Source of the DNA: Micrococcus luteus NCTC 2665
GTDB lineage: Bacteria; Actinomycetota; Actinomycetes; Actinomycetales; Micrococcaceae
NCBI RefSeq assembly: GCF_000023205.1
Contig: NC_012803.1
Location: forward strand, 1,200,001-1,232,000
Reading direction: 5' to 3'
DNA: 32,000 nt
Part shown: in pieces, positions 19,665 to 30,395 of the stretch
Layout of the letters: each line of letters begins with the position of its first letter
Numbering within the stretch: position 1 is the first letter of the stretch
Program-made: the position numbers and the translations under genes
Notes under the pieces: model-generated
The model's input: only the letters and a program-made list of their open reading frames with translations
Databases searched by the model: none
What the model was told of the DNA's origin: nothing

Positions 19665-20707
19665 CGTCCCCGCTCACCGGCCAGCTGCCCCTGCCGCCGG
19701 GGATGGGCGCGGAAGGGCGCGGGGTGGGCGCCGGCATGTCCCGCCCCACGGCCCGGGTCACCGCCCTCGGCGGCGGCCACGGCCTCTCCGCGTCCCTCGC
19801 GGCCCTGCGACACGTGGCCGGGCACCTCACGGCCATCGTCACGGTCGCGGACGACGGCGGCTCCTCCGGCACCATCCGCCGGGAGATGGCGGTGCTGCCG
19901 CCCGGCGACCTCCGCATGGCGCTGGCGGCCCTGTGCGACGACACCGACTGGGGTCGGACCTGGGCCCACGTCATGCAGCACCGCTTCCGCTCCACCGAGG
20001 TGCCCGCGGACCAGGCCACCCTGGACAACCACGCGCTCGGGAACCTCCTGATCGTGGCCCTCTGGGAGCTGCTGGGCGACCCGGTGGACGGGCTGCGCTG
20101 GGCCGGCGCCCTGCTGCGGGCGCACGGCGAGGTCCTGCCGGTCTCGCGGGTGCCGCTGACCATCGGCGGGGACGTGCTCAGCGCCGGCCCGGACGGCCGC
20201 CTGCGCACCCGATGCGTGGAGGGCCAGGTGGCCCTCGCGGTCGCCGCGTTCGAGGGGCGCGTCACCGACGTCCGCCTGAGCCCGTCCGACGCTCCCGCCA
20301 CCCCGGAGGCGCTCTCGGCGATCGAGCTGGCCGACTGGGTGGTGCTCGGGCCCGGCTCGCTGTACACGTCGGTGCTGCCGCACCTGCTGATGCCGGAGGT
20401 GCGCTCGGCCCTCGCCGCCACCGCCGCCCGGCGCCTCATGGTACTGAACCTGCGCACGGGCGACCAGGAGACCACCGGCCTCGCCCACGCCGACCACCTC
20501 AAGGTGCTGCGCTCGTATGCGCCGGACCTCCGGCTGGACGTGGTGATCGCCGACGTGGACGCGGTCTCTGACCGGGCGGCGGTGGAGGCCGAGGCGGCCC
20601 GGATGGGCGCGCGCGTGGCGTTCAGTAGAGTGGGCAGTGCCCAGGATCCCCAGGTCCACGACCCGCTGCGCCTGGCCGTCGCGATCGACGAGGCGATGAC
20701 CCACTGA
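19661..20707 (+). CDS. yvcK: YvcK/CuvA-family gluconeogenesis factor (CofD-like)
   Basis: [31 protein letters not shown]. The ATG overlaps the rapZ stop (ATGA). This gives a Gly/Pro-rich N-terminal extension of about 29 aa before the conserved core; ATG 19736 is an alternative start. Confidence 0.88.
   Translation: MTSPLTGQLPLPPGMGAEGRGVGAGMSRPTARVTALGGGHGLSASLAALRHVAGHLTAIVTVADDGGSSGTIRREMAVLPPGDLRMALAALCDDTDWGRTWAHVMQHRFRSTEVPADQATLDNHALGNLLIVALWELLGDPVDGLRWAGALLRAHGEVLPVSRVPLTIGGDVLSAGPDGRLRTRCVEGQVALAVAAFEGRVTDVRLSPSDAPATPEALSAIELADWVVLGPGSLYTSVLPHLLMPEVRSALAATAARRLMVLNLRTGDQETTGLAHADHLKVLRSYAPDLRLDVVIADVDAVSDRAAVEAEAARMGARVAFSRVGSAQDPQVHDPLRLAVAIDEAMTH
20626..20631 (+). promoter_or_regulatory. 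Candidate internal -10 (TAGAGT) for whiA inside the yvcK 3' end
   Basis: TAnnnT hexamer built from rare codons (AGT AGA GTG GGC AGT), about 108 nt upstream of the whiA ATG. Confidence 0.3.
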
Positions 20708-20738
20708 CGCGCGCACCTCGCCGGGAAGGAGCACGAGC

Positions 20739-21704
20739 ATGGCGCTGACCATGACCCTCAAGGAGGAGCTGGCCCGTGTGCCGGTCGCCGCGACCCCGGA
20801 GCGGCGGGCGGAGACGGCGGCGATGCTGCGGTTCGCCGGGGGGCTGCACCTCGTGGCCGGCCGCGTCGTCGTCGAGGCCGAGCTGGACCACGGCGCCAGC
20901 GTGCGCCGCCTGCGCGCCGCCATCACCGAGCTGTACGGCCTGGCCCCGGAGATCGTGGTGGTCTCCGGCGGCAACCTGCGCCGGGGTCAGCGGTACGTGC
21001 TCCGGGTCGTGCGCGGGGGAGAGGACCTCGCCCGGCAGACCGGGCTCATCGACCAGCGGGGACGGCCCGTGCGCGGCCTCGCGCCGGCCCTCGTCAGCGG
21101 GACGACGGCGGCCACCGCCGCCGTGTGGCGCGGGGCCCTGCTGGCCCACGGCTCCCTCACCGAACCCGGCCGTTCGGCGGCCCTCGAGGTGACCACGCCG
21201 GGCCCGGAGGCCGCCCTCGCCCTGGTGGGGGCCGCGCGTCGGCTCCACGTGGCGGCGAAGGCACGCGAGGTGCGTCAGTCGGACCGCGTCGTGGTCCGCG
21301 ACGGCGAGGCGATCGCCACGCTGCTGGCCGCCGTCGGCGCGGAGCAGACCGCGACCCTCTGGCGCGAGCGGCGCGAGCGCAAGGAGGTCCGGGCCACCGC
21401 CAACCGCCTGGCGAACTTCGACGACGCCAACCTGCGCCGCTCCGCCCAGGCCGCCGTCATGGCCGGGGCGAAGGTGGAGCGGGCCCTCGAGATCCTCGGC
21501 GACGAGGTGCCCGACCACCTCCGCTACGCGGGTCGGCTGCGCCTGGAGCACAAGCAGGCCTCCCTCGACGAGCTCGGCCGCCTGGCGGACCCGCCAATGA
21601 CCAAGGACGCCGTGGCCGGGCGCATCCGCCGGCTGCTGGCCATGGCCGACAAGCGGGCCGCCGAGCGGGGCATCCCCGGGACGGACGCGGCCTCCGAGGG
21701 CTGA
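20739..21704 (+). CDS. whiA: Sporulation/cell-division transcription factor WhiA
   Basis: 321 aa. [14 protein letters not shown] start, degenerate LAGLIDADG-like core, [16 protein letters not shown]-terminal HTH. SD GGAAGGAG. Conserved rapZ-yvcK-whiA order. Confidence 0.95.
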   Translation: MALTMTLKEELARVPVAATPERRAETAAMLRFAGGLHLVAGRVVVEAELDHGASVRRLRAAITELYGLAPEIVVVSGGNLRRGQRYVLRVVRGGEDLARQTGLIDQRGRPVRGLAPALVSGTTAATAAVWRGALLAHGSLTEPGRSAALEVTTPGPEAALALVGAARRLHVAAKAREVRQSDRVVVRDGEAIATLLAAVGAEQTATLWRERRERKEVRATANRLANFDDANLRRSAQAAVMAGAKVERALEILGDEVPDHLRYAGRLRLEHKQASLDELGRLADPPMTKDAVAGRIRRLLAMADKRAAERGIPGTDAASEG

Positions 21705-21853
21705 GCGCGGGATCACCGTCGACGGGATCTGGCCCCGGTGCTCCGCCCCCGATCACAATGGGAACGTACGGAATACGCCGCCGAGACGCGGGGTTGCCCG
21801 AGGTGGAGGCCACGGGTGTCCTGCCCGCAGCCTCGCCTGATCAAGGAGGAAGC

Positions 21854-22480
21854 ATGACCGAATACACCCTTCCGGAGCTGGACTACGACTACGCCGCGCT
21901 GGAGCCGCACATCTCGGCCCGCATCATGGAGCTGCACCACTCCAAGCACCACGCCACGTACGTCAAGGGCGCGAACACCGCCCTGGAGAAGCTGGCCGCC
22001 GCGCGTGAGGCCGGCGACTTCGGCTCCGTGAACCAGCTGTCGAAGGACCTCGCCTTCAACCTGGGCGGCCACACGAACCACTCGATCTTCTGGAAGAACC
22101 TCTCGCCGGAGGGCGGCGACAAGCCGACCGGCGAGTTGGCCGCCGCCATCGACGAGTACTTCGGCTCGTTCGACAAGTTCCAGGCCCACTTCACCGCCGC
22201 CGCCCTCGGCATCCAGGGCTCCGGCTGGGCCGTGCTGGCCTACGAGCCCATCGGCGGCAACCTTGTGATCGAGCAGTTCTACGACCAGCAGAACGGCGTG
22301 CCGGTCGCCACCATCCCGCTGTTCCAGCTGGACATGTGGGAGCACGCCTTCTACCTCGACTACCAGAACGTCAAGGCGGACTACGTCAAGGCGATCTGGA
22401 ACATCGTGAACTGGGCCGACGTGCAGGCCCGCTTCGAGGCCGCCCGCGCCGGCGCCTCCGGCCTGATCCTCCCGGCCTGA
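21854..22480 (+). CDS. sodA: Superoxide dismutase, Mn-type
   Basis: [21 protein letters not shown] (Mn-type helix signature), [23 protein letters not shown]. Confidence 0.95.
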   Translation: MTEYTLPELDYDYAALEPHISARIMELHHSKHHATYVKGANTALEKLAAAREAGDFGSVNQLSKDLAFNLGGHTNHSIFWKNLSPEGGDKPTGELAAAIDEYFGSFDKFQAHFTAAALGIQGSGWAVLAYEPIGGNLVIEQFYDQQNGVPVATIPLFQLDMWEHAFYLDYQNVKADYVKAIWNIVNWADVQARFEAARAGASGLILPA

Positions 22481-22489
22481 TCCACACCG

Positions 22490-22539
22490 CGCACCGGGGC
22501 GTTGACGTCGTGGCCCCACGGCGTCAGCGCCCCGGTGCG
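22490..22539 (+). terminator. Long hairpin terminator after sodA
   Basis: CGCACCGGGGCG 22490-22501 pairs with CGCCCCGGTGCG 22528-22539. The stem continues inward (TTGACG/CGTCAG with one mismatch, CGTGG/CCACG). Confidence 0.6.
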
Positions 22540-22662
22540 GGGAGGGGCTCGGCTCTCCGGCCCTGTCCCCACCGCGCGCCCGGACCGGGCGCGACCGCTC
22601 GACCGCACCGCCCGTACCCACCGCCACGGACCACGCAACGAGAACCGACGAGAGGGACCACC

Positions 22663-23673
22663 ATGACCAAGATCGCCATCAACGGCTACGGCCGCATCGG
22701 ACGCAACATCGTGCGCGTGCTCAGGGACCGCGGCCACGAGGGCCTCGAGCTGGTCGCCGTGAACGACCTCGCCGACCCCGAGGACCTGTTCTGGCTGACC
22801 AAGTACGACACCATCCTGGGCCGCTACCCGGGCGAGCTGGAGCGGACCGACAAGGGGTTCCGCATCGACGGCCGCGACGTCGCGTTCTTCCAGGAGGCCG
22901 ACCCGACGAAGCTGCCGTGGGGCGAGCTCGGCGTGGACCTGGTCATCGAGTGCACCGGCATCTTCACGACCGGCCCCAAGGCGCAGGCCCACCTCGACGC
23001 AGGGGCCAAGAAGGTGCTCATCTCCGCCCCCGCCAAGGAGGTCGACGGCACCTTCGTGATGGGCGTGAACGAGCACACCTACGACGCGGAGACGATGCAC
23101 ATCGTCTCGAACGCCTCGTGCACCACCAACTGCCTGGCCCCGATGGCGAAGGTGCTCAACGACGAGTTCGGCATCGTGGACGGCATCATGACCACGATCC
23201 ACGCGTACACCGGCGACCAGAACCTGCACGACAACGTGCACAAGAAGGATCGCCGTCGGGCGCGCGCCGCGGCCCAGAACATGGTGCCCACCTCCACGGG
23301 CGCGGCGAAGGCCATCGGCGAGGTCATCCCGGAGCTGAAGGGCAAGCTCGACGGCTTCGCCATGCGGGTGCCCACCATCACCGGCTCGGCCACTGACCTG
23401 ACCGTGGAGCTGACGCGCCACGTGGAGGTCGAGGAGATCAACGCGGCGTTCAAGAAGGCCGCGGAGACCGAACGGCTGCAGGGCCGCCTGGTCTACTCGG
23501 AGGACCCGATCGTGTCCTCGGACATCATCACCTCCCCGGCGGCCTGCACCTTCGACGCCCCGCTGACCAAGTCCATCGGCCAGACCGTGAAGATCATCGG
23601 CTGGTACGACAACGAGTACGGCTACACCTCCCAGCTCATGGACTTCGCGGACCTCATCGGCTCGAAGCTCTGA
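22663..23673 (+). CDS. gap: Glyceraldehyde-3-phosphate dehydrogenase
   Basis: [13 protein letters not shown]-binding motif, active site [20 protein letters not shown]. Confidence 0.95.
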   Translation: MTKIAINGYGRIGRNIVRVLRDRGHEGLELVAVNDLADPEDLFWLTKYDTILGRYPGELERTDKGFRIDGRDVAFFQEADPTKLPWGELGVDLVIECTGIFTTGPKAQAHLDAGAKKVLISAPAKEVDGTFVMGVNEHTYDAETMHIVSNASCTTNCLAPMAKVLNDEFGIVDGIMTTIHAYTGDQNLHDNVHKKDRRRARAAAQNMVPTSTGAAKAIGEVIPELKGKLDGFAMRVPTITGSATDLTVELTRHVEVEEINAAFKKAAETERLQGRLVYSEDPIVSSDIITSPAACTFDAPLTKSIGQTVKIIGWYDNEYGYTSQLMDFADLIGSKL

Positions 23674-23688
23674 GCCCGCACGGCGCCC

Positions 23689-23729
23689 GACGGCCCGGGC
23701 CGACGGTTCCCCCGTCGGCCCGGGCCGTC
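23689..23729 (+). terminator. Perfect 18-bp hairpin between gap and pgk
   Basis: GACGGCCCGGGCCGACGG 23689-23706, loop ttccc, CCGTCGGCCCGGGCCGTC 23712-23729. Confidence 0.6.
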
Positions 23730-23733
23730 CGCC

Positions 23734-23739
23734 TAGACT
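23734..23739 (+). promoter_or_regulatory. -10 element TAGACT upstream of pgk
   Basis: TAnnnT hexamer 5 nt after the hairpin and 41 nt upstream of the pgk ATG. Same TAGACTG heptamer as at 4931 and 5757. Confidence 0.4.
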
Positions 23740-23780
23740 GCACCGTGAACCGACCCCGCTCCGGCACCCCAGGAGGCATC

Positions 23781-25024
<1,244 letters not shown>

Positions 25025-25028
<4 letters not shown>

Positions 25029-25822
25029 GCATGGCGGAGCAGACCACACGCGTGCCGCTGATCGCGGGCAACTGGAAGATGAACCTGGACCACCTCGAGG
25101 CCGTCACCCTGGTGCAGCGCCTCACGTGGCTCCTCTCGGACGCGGACCATGACCAGGAGGCCGTGGAGGTCGCGGTGTTCCCGCCCTTCACGGGCCTGCG
25201 GTCCGTGCAGACGCTCGTCACCGGCGACCGCCTGGACCTCGTCTACGGCGCGCAGGACCTCTCGCCCGAGGATGCCGGCGCCTACACGGGCGACGTCTCC
25301 GGCGCGTTCCTGGCCGCGCTGGGGTGCCGTTACGCGATCGTGGGCCACTCCGAGCGCCGCACCCTCCACGGGGAGGACGACGCCCTCGTCGCGCGCAAGG
25401 CCGCCGCGGCCCTGCGCCACGGCCTCACCCCGGTGATCTGCGTGGGCGAGGGCCTGGAGGTGCGCCAGGCCGGCCGGCACGTCGAGCACACGCTCGCCCA
25501 GCTGGAGGGCTCCATCGCGGGCCTGTCGGCGCAGGACGTGGCCGGCGTCGTCGTCGCCTACGAGCCCGTGTGGGCGATCGGCACGGGCGAGGTCGCCGGC
25601 CCCGAGGATGCGCAGCAGATGTGTGCGGCCCTGCGCGCCCGCGTGGCCGCACTGCACGGCGACGACGTCGCCGCCGGGCTGCGGATCCTCTACGGCGGCT
25701 CCGTGAAGTCCTCCAGCGCGCCGGCGCTGCTGGCACAGCCTGACGTGGACGGCGCCCTCGTGGGCGGCGCCAGCCTCGACGCGGACGAGTTTGCTAAGAT
25801 CGTCCGGTTCGACCAGGCCTGA
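25025..25822 (+). CDS. tpiA: Triosephosphate isomerase
   Basis: [34 protein letters not shown] 25025 overlaps the pgk stop (GTGA). ATG 25031 is the alternative start. Confidence 0.95.
25792..25800 (+). promoter_or_regulatory. Candidate extended -10 (TGcTAAGAT) for secG inside the last codons of tpiA
   Basis: TGn+TAnnnT formed by rare codons TTT GCT AAG ATC, about 104 nt upstream of the secG GTG. Confidence 0.3.
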
Positions 25823-25856
25823 TCCGTCCGGCCCGACCGACCGCATTCTCCGTGAC

Positions 25857-25878
25857 GGCCCCGGCGCGCGCCGGGGCC
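25857..25878 (+). terminator. 22-nt perfect palindrome (GGCCCCGGCGC/GCGCCGGGGCC) after tpiA
   Basis: Perfect self-complementarity. Could be the tpiA terminator or a structure in the secG leader. Confidence 0.4.
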
Positions 25879-25903
25879 GCACCTCGACCCGAGGAGCCCT
25901 CCC

Positions 25904-26155
25904 GTGGACGTCCTGACCCTGGCCCTGCAGATCCTCGTGGTCGTGCTCAGCATGGTCATCGTGCTGCTCATCCTGCTGCACAAGGGCCGCGGCGGCGGCG
26001 TCTCGGACATGTTCGGCGGTGGCGTGACCACCTCGATGAGCTCCTCGGGCTCCGCCCAGCGCCTGCTCACCCGCCTGACCGTCGGCTCCGTGGTCGCCTG
26101 GGGTGTCGTGATCGCGCTGCTCGGCGTCCTGCCGCGTCTGACCCTGGAGTCCTGA
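25904..26155 (+). CDS. secG: Preprotein translocase subunit SecG
   Basis: 83 aa with two TM helices flanking a Gly-rich loop (KGRGGGVSDMFGGG). SD GAGGAG. Conserved position after tpiA. Confidence 0.9.
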   Translation: MDVLTLALQILVVVLSMVIVLLILLHKGRGGGVSDMFGGGVTTSMSSSGSAQRLLTRLTVGSVVAWGVVIALLGVLPRLTLES

Positions 26156-26178
26156 GGCCGCCCCGCCGGGCCCCGACG

Positions 26179-26215
26179 CGAACGCCCCGCACGGATGATC
26201 CGTGCGGGGCGTTCG
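26179..26215. terminator. Bidirectional terminator between convergent secG and opcA
   Basis: CGAACGCCCCGCACGGA pairs with TCCGTGCGGGGCGTTCG: a perfect 17-bp stem with a tiny loop. Confidence 0.65.
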
Positions 26216-26248
26216 TGCGTCCCGGGCCGGTGCGGCGTCGGGCGCTCC

Positions 26249-27190
26249 TCAGCGCTCGGAGGCCTGCACGGGGGAGAGGTCCGTGCGCGGCAGGCCCCGG
26301 TGGAGCACGGCGCCGAAGACCTCGTCCGGGTCCAGGCGGCGCAGCTCCTCCGCCAGGCAGTCCTGGATCGTCCGGCGTGGCAGGGAGATGCGCTGCACCG
26401 GCCTGCCCTGCTGATAGAGCCGGGCCACCTGCGAGTGCGAGCGGGAGAGCACCACGTCCCCGTCCGTACACCGCAGGCGCACCGCACGGATCCCGTGGCC
26501 GGCCTTCGAGTGCGCGATCGTCACCGGCACCTTCAGGGCCAGGGTGAGCCACGCCGCAAGCAGCATGGTGCTGGGGGAGTCCGGCGCCCCGTCCACCGTC
26601 ACCGAGCGCAGGGTGGCCACGTCGAGCGTGTCGAAGATGCCGGCCACCTGGATCCGCCACAGCGTCAGGCGCGTCCAGGCCAGGTCGGTGTCGCCCTCAT
26701 GGTGGCCCGCGCGCAGAGCCCACAGGGCGGGCTCGGCCGCGGACGCCGATGCCGTGTCCGTGATCCGGCGGTGGGCCAGGCGACCGAGCGCCGTCGCCGA
26801 GGGGACCTCGGGCGGCACCCCGGGCCACCACGCGACGATGGGCGCATCGGGCAGGAGCAGCCCGGAGACGAGCGACTCATCGGCGTGGGCGTTCTCCCCG
26901 GCGCACCACAGCACCACGACGTCGGAGGCGCCGGCGTCGCCGCCGACCCGGATCTCGGCGTCCAGGCGGGTGGGTGCCGCAGGGTCGCCCAGGGCCAGGA
27001 CGATGATGCGGCACGGGTGCTCCAGCGAGGCCGCGTTGGCGGCCTGGACGGCGGACTCGATGCCGGCGTCGTCCGTGCTGATCACGAGCGTGAGGACGCG
27101 GCCGAGGGTCACGACCCCGCTCTTCTCGCGCAGCTGCGTGATGCGCTTGGCCACCTGGGAGGTGGTGGTGTCCTGCATGCGGATCTTCAC
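26249..27190 (-). CDS. opcA: Glucose-6-phosphate dehydrogenase assembly protein OpcA
   Basis: 313 aa directly downstream of zwf, with a GTGA start/stop overlap. Length and position match actinobacterial OpcA. The long upstream part of track ORF 26249..28462 is out of frame within zwf. Confidence 0.88.
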   Translation of the reverse strand: MKIRMQDTTTSQVAKRITQLREKSGVVTLGRVLTLVISTDDAGIESAVQAANAASLEHPCRIIVLALGDPAAPTRLDAEIRVGGDAGASDVVVLWCAGENAHADESLVSGLLLPDAPIVAWWPGVPPEVPSATALGRLAHRRITDTASASAAEPALWALRAGHHEGDTDLAWTRLTLWRIQVAGIFDTLDVATLRSVTVDGAPDSPSTMLLAAWLTLALKVPVTIAHSKAGHGIRAVRLRCTDGDVVLSRSHSQVARLYQQGRPVQRISLPRRTIQDCLAEELRRLDPDEVFGAVLHRGLPRTDLSPVQASER

Positions 27191-28749
27191 GGGCGCCTCC
27201 AGCTTCGTCCGTCGCGGGCCATGAGGGCGTCGGCCGAGGGCGGGCCCCACGTGCCCGGGGCGTAGGGCTCGGGCTGGGTGCCCAGGCTCGCCCAGTGCTC
27301 CTCGAACGGGTCCACGATCCGCCAGGACAGCTCCACCTCGGCCTGACGCGGGAACAGCGGCGGCTCCCCGAGGAGCACGTCGAGGATGAGCCGTTCGTAC
27401 GCCTCGGGGGAGTCCTCGGTGAAGGCGTGGCCGTAGCCGAAGTCCATCGTGACGTCGCGGATCTCGGTCTGCGTGCCGGGCACCTTGGACGCGAAGCGGA
27501 TGGTGACGCCCTCGTCCGGCTGCACCCGGATGACGATGACGTTCTGCCCGAACTCGTCCCCGTCGTGGACGGGGAACAGCAGGTGCGGGGGCTTCTTGAA
27601 GACGACGGCGATCTCCGTCACCCGCCGGCCGAGGCGCTTGCCGGCCCGCAGGTAGAACGGGACGCCCTGCCAGCGGCGCGTGCGGATGCCCACCTTGAGC
27701 GCGGCGTACGTCTCCGTGACGGACGCCGGGTTGAAGCCCTCCTCGTCGAGGAAGCCCGTGACCCGCTCGCCGCCCTGCCAGCCGGAGGTGTACTGGCCGC
27801 GGGCGGAGGCTGCCGCGAGCCCCTCGGGCGTGTCCGGGACGGTCACGGCTTCGAGGACCTTCTCCTTCTCCGTGCGCAGGTGGTCCGCGTCGAACGAGAT
27901 CGGCTCCTCCATCGCGGTGAACGCGAGCAGCTGCAGGAGGTGGTTCTGGATGACGTCGCGGGCCGCGCCCACGCCGTCGTAGTAGCTCGCCCGTCCGCCG
28001 ATGCCGATGTCCTCGGCCATCGTGATCTGGACGTGGTCCACGTGCTCCGCGTTCCAGAGCGGCTCGAACATCCGGTTGGCGAACCGGAACGCGAGGATGT
28101 TCTGCACCGTCTCCTTGCCGAGGTAGTGGTCGATGCGGAACACGGCGTCCGAGGGGAAGACGCGCTCGATCACGGCGTTGAGCTCCTGCGCGCTGGCCAG
28201 GTCGTGGCCGAAGGGCTTCTCGATGACCACGCGGCGCCACGGGCCGTCGGCCGGCTGGGACCGGTCGGCCAGGCCCTGGTCGGCCAGGTGGCGGGAGACG
28301 GCCTCGAACCAGTCCGGCGGGATGGAGAGGTAGAACGCCGTGTTCCCGCGCGTGCCGCGTGAGGTCTCGAGCTCGGCGAGCACCTCGTCGAGACGGACAT
28401 AGGCCGCCTCGTCGTCGAACGCGCCGGAGACGAAGCGCAGGCCGCCCCGGAACTGGTCCCACACGGTCTCGTCGAAGGTGGTTCGGGAGGAGGCCTCCAC
28501 GGCGGCACGCACATAGTCGGCGAACTCCTCGTCGGACCAGTCGCGGCGGCCGAAGCCGACGAGGGAGAACGCCGGCGGCAGCAGGCCGCGCTGGGCCAGG
28601 TCGTACATGGCCGGCAGGAGCTTCTTCTTCGCCAGGTCGCCCGTCACGCCGAACAGCACGAGGGCCGACGGACCCGCGATGCGGGTCAGGCGCCGGTCAC
28701 GGGGGTCGCGCAGCGGGTTGCGGGGGACGGTCCGGGACTCACCGGCCAC
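27187..28749 (-). CDS. zwf: Glucose-6-phosphate 1-dehydrogenase
   Basis: FGVTGDLAKKKL NADP motif, active site RIDHYLGKE, NPLRDPRDRRL N-terminus. Confidence 0.95.
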   Translation of the reverse strand: MAGESRTVPRNPLRDPRDRRLTRIAGPSALVLFGVTGDLAKKKLLPAMYDLAQRGLLPPAFSLVGFGRRDWSDEEFADYVRAAVEASSRTTFDETVWDQFRGGLRFVSGAFDDEAAYVRLDEVLAELETSRGTRGNTAFYLSIPPDWFEAVSRHLADQGLADRSQPADGPWRRVVIEKPFGHDLASAQELNAVIERVFPSDAVFRIDHYLGKETVQNILAFRFANRMFEPLWNAEHVDHVQITMAEDIGIGGRASYYDGVGAARDVIQNHLLQLLAFTAMEEPISFDADHLRTEKEKVLEAVTVPDTPEGLAAASARGQYTSGWQGGERVTGFLDEEGFNPASVTETYAALKVGIRTRRWQGVPFYLRAGKRLGRRVTEIAVVFKKPPHLLFPVHDGDEFGQNVIVIRVQPDEGVTIRFASKVPGTQTEIRDVTMDFGYGHAFTEDSPEAYERLILDVLLGEPPLFPRQAEVELSWRIVDPFEEHWASLGTQPEPYAPGTWGPPSADALMARDGRSWRRP

Positions 28750-30340
28750 GGACGGCGCTCCTCAGGGCCTCGATGCCCGCGTCGCGGCGGCGCAGGTGCA
28801 GGGTGACCACGGGGCGGCCGAGATCGCCCAGCACCCGGGCGTCGCCCGCGGCCTGCGCGGCGATGAGCCTGCCCAGGGAGAACGGGCGTCCGGGCACCTC
28901 GAGGTCCAGGCCGGCGTCGCCGGTGATCTGCAGGAACACGCCGACGGCCGGGCCGCCCTTGTGGAACTGTCCGGTGGAGTGCAGGAACCGCGGACCCCAG
29001 CCGAACGTGACCGGGCGGCCGACCAGCTCTGCCAGGTCCGCGCGCAGCTCCTCGAGCTCGGCGTCGTCATGACGGGAGAGGTAGGCGTGGACCGCCAGGT
29101 AGCCGTCCTCGGGCACCAGCGCCGCCGTGGCGCGCAGCACGCCGGCCAGGTCCGGGGCAGAGGTCACGGACGCCGGGCCGGAGACCTCGACGCCCTCCAC
29201 CTCACCGTCGGCCGTCCGCTCGGCGGCGGGGCCGTCCAGCAGGGTGCGGGCGGCGGCCTTGGCGGCCTCCACGTCCGGCTGGTCGAAGGGGTTGATCCCG
29301 AGCAGGCGGCCGGCCACCGCGGTGGCCACCTCCCACAGCAGCAGCTGGGCGCCGAGCGAGCCGGCGACCTGCACGCCGTGGCCCGGGGCCGCGACGTCGT
29401 CCGCGCCGACGAGCTGCACCTGCAGCAGGTCGGGGGCGTCCCACGCGGTCTCGGGGTCGCCGGGGGCGACGACGACGGGCAGCAGCCCGGTGCCGTCCTT
29501 GCCCGTGGACTCGGCGATCAGCTGCTCGATCCAGGCCGGCAGTCCGGCGATGCCGGACCCGTGGTCGGCGAAGACGAGCTTGTCGCGCAGCGGGCGCGTG
29601 CCGCCCAGGGCCGCACCGAGCTGCAGGCCCGGGTTGTCCTCGTCGTCGGCGGTCAGCAGGTCGAGCACGGCCTCCGCGTCGTCCAGCAGGGCCGTGACGT
29701 CCACGCCGGCCAGGCCGGTGGGGACCAGGCCGAACGCGGTGAGGGCCGAGAATCGCCCGCCCACGGTCGGGTCCGCGGTGAAGACGGCGCGCCAGCCGGC
29801 GGACTCGCACGCGGCGTGCAGCGGTGAGCCCGGGTCCGTGACGGCGACCAGGCGGGTGCGGGGGTCGATCCCGGCGTCGCGGAACGCCGCCTCGACGACG
29901 CGGCGCTGCGAGTCGGTCTCCACGGTGGAGCCGGACTTGGAGGAGACCACCAGCACGGTCCGCTCGAGGTCGCGCTCGAGGGCACGGGAGACCTGCAGCG
30001 GGTCCGTGGAGTCCAGGACCTCGAGCTCGACGCCGGCCGTCGCCGCGATCACCTCGGGGGCCAGGGACGAGCCGCCCATGCCCGCCAGGAGCACGCGGTC
30101 CACGCCCTCGGCGCGCAGCTCCCGGGTCAGCTGGGCGATGTGCGGGACGAGGGCGCGGGAGTCCTCGAACAGGTCGATCCAGCCGAGCCGCTTGGCGGCC
30201 TCGTCGCGGGACGGCGCCCCCCACAGGTCGGCGTCCTGCGCCCCGAGGCGGGAGGCGACGCGGTCCTGGAGGAGAGCGGGCAGATGGCGGTCGATCGCCT
30301 CGAGGGCGGCTCCGGTGGCGGTGAGTCCGAGGGTGCTCAT
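28739..30340 (-). CDS. pgi: Glucose-6-phosphate isomerase
   Basis: 533 aa. SIS/PGI motifs GMGGSSLAPE and SKSGSTVET. SD GGAAGGA. The stop overlaps the zwf start by 11 nt. Confidence 0.88.
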   Translation of the reverse strand: MSTLGLTATGAALEAIDRHLPALLQDRVASRLGAQDADLWGAPSRDEAAKRLGWIDLFEDSRALVPHIAQLTRELRAEGVDRVLLAGMGGSSLAPEVIAATAGVELEVLDSTDPLQVSRALERDLERTVLVVSSKSGSTVETDSQRRVVEAAFRDAGIDPRTRLVAVTDPGSPLHAACESAGWRAVFTADPTVGGRFSALTAFGLVPTGLAGVDVTALLDDAEAVLDLLTADDEDNPGLQLGAALGGTRPLRDKLVFADHGSGIAGLPAWIEQLIAESTGKDGTGLLPVVVAPGDPETAWDAPDLLQVQLVGADDVAAPGHGVQVAGSLGAQLLLWEVATAVAGRLLGINPFDQPDVEAAKAAARTLLDGPAAERTADGEVEGVEVSGPASVTSAPDLAGVLRATAALVPEDGYLAVHAYLSRHDDAELEELRADLAELVGRPVTFGWGPRFLHSTGQFHKGGPAVGVFLQITGDAGLDLEVPGRPFSLGRLIAAQAAGDARVLGDLGRPVVTLHLRRRDAGIEALRSAVRGR

Positions 30341-30395
30341 GGGGGGTCCTTCCGTGCGCGTGGCGAGCGGGCGGCGGGGTCGGGGGCGGGTGCGG

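Noticed and set aside
21711-21729. GATC-flanked near-palindrome GATCACCGTCGACGGGATC after whiA, considered as a terminator or methylation-linked site.
   Set aside because: It forms only 3-4 bp helices interrupted by a bulge, with an almost absent loop. That is too weak to call, and I cannot support a Dam-type system from this window.
22575-22593. Second small hairpin (CGCGCCCGG-a-CCGGGCGCG) in the sodA-gap spacer, considered as an sRNA or riboswitch.
   Set aside because: It is an isolated short GC palindrome with a one-nt loop. I recognise no conserved riboswitch motif and see no promoter signal. It cannot be told apart from background GC palindromes.
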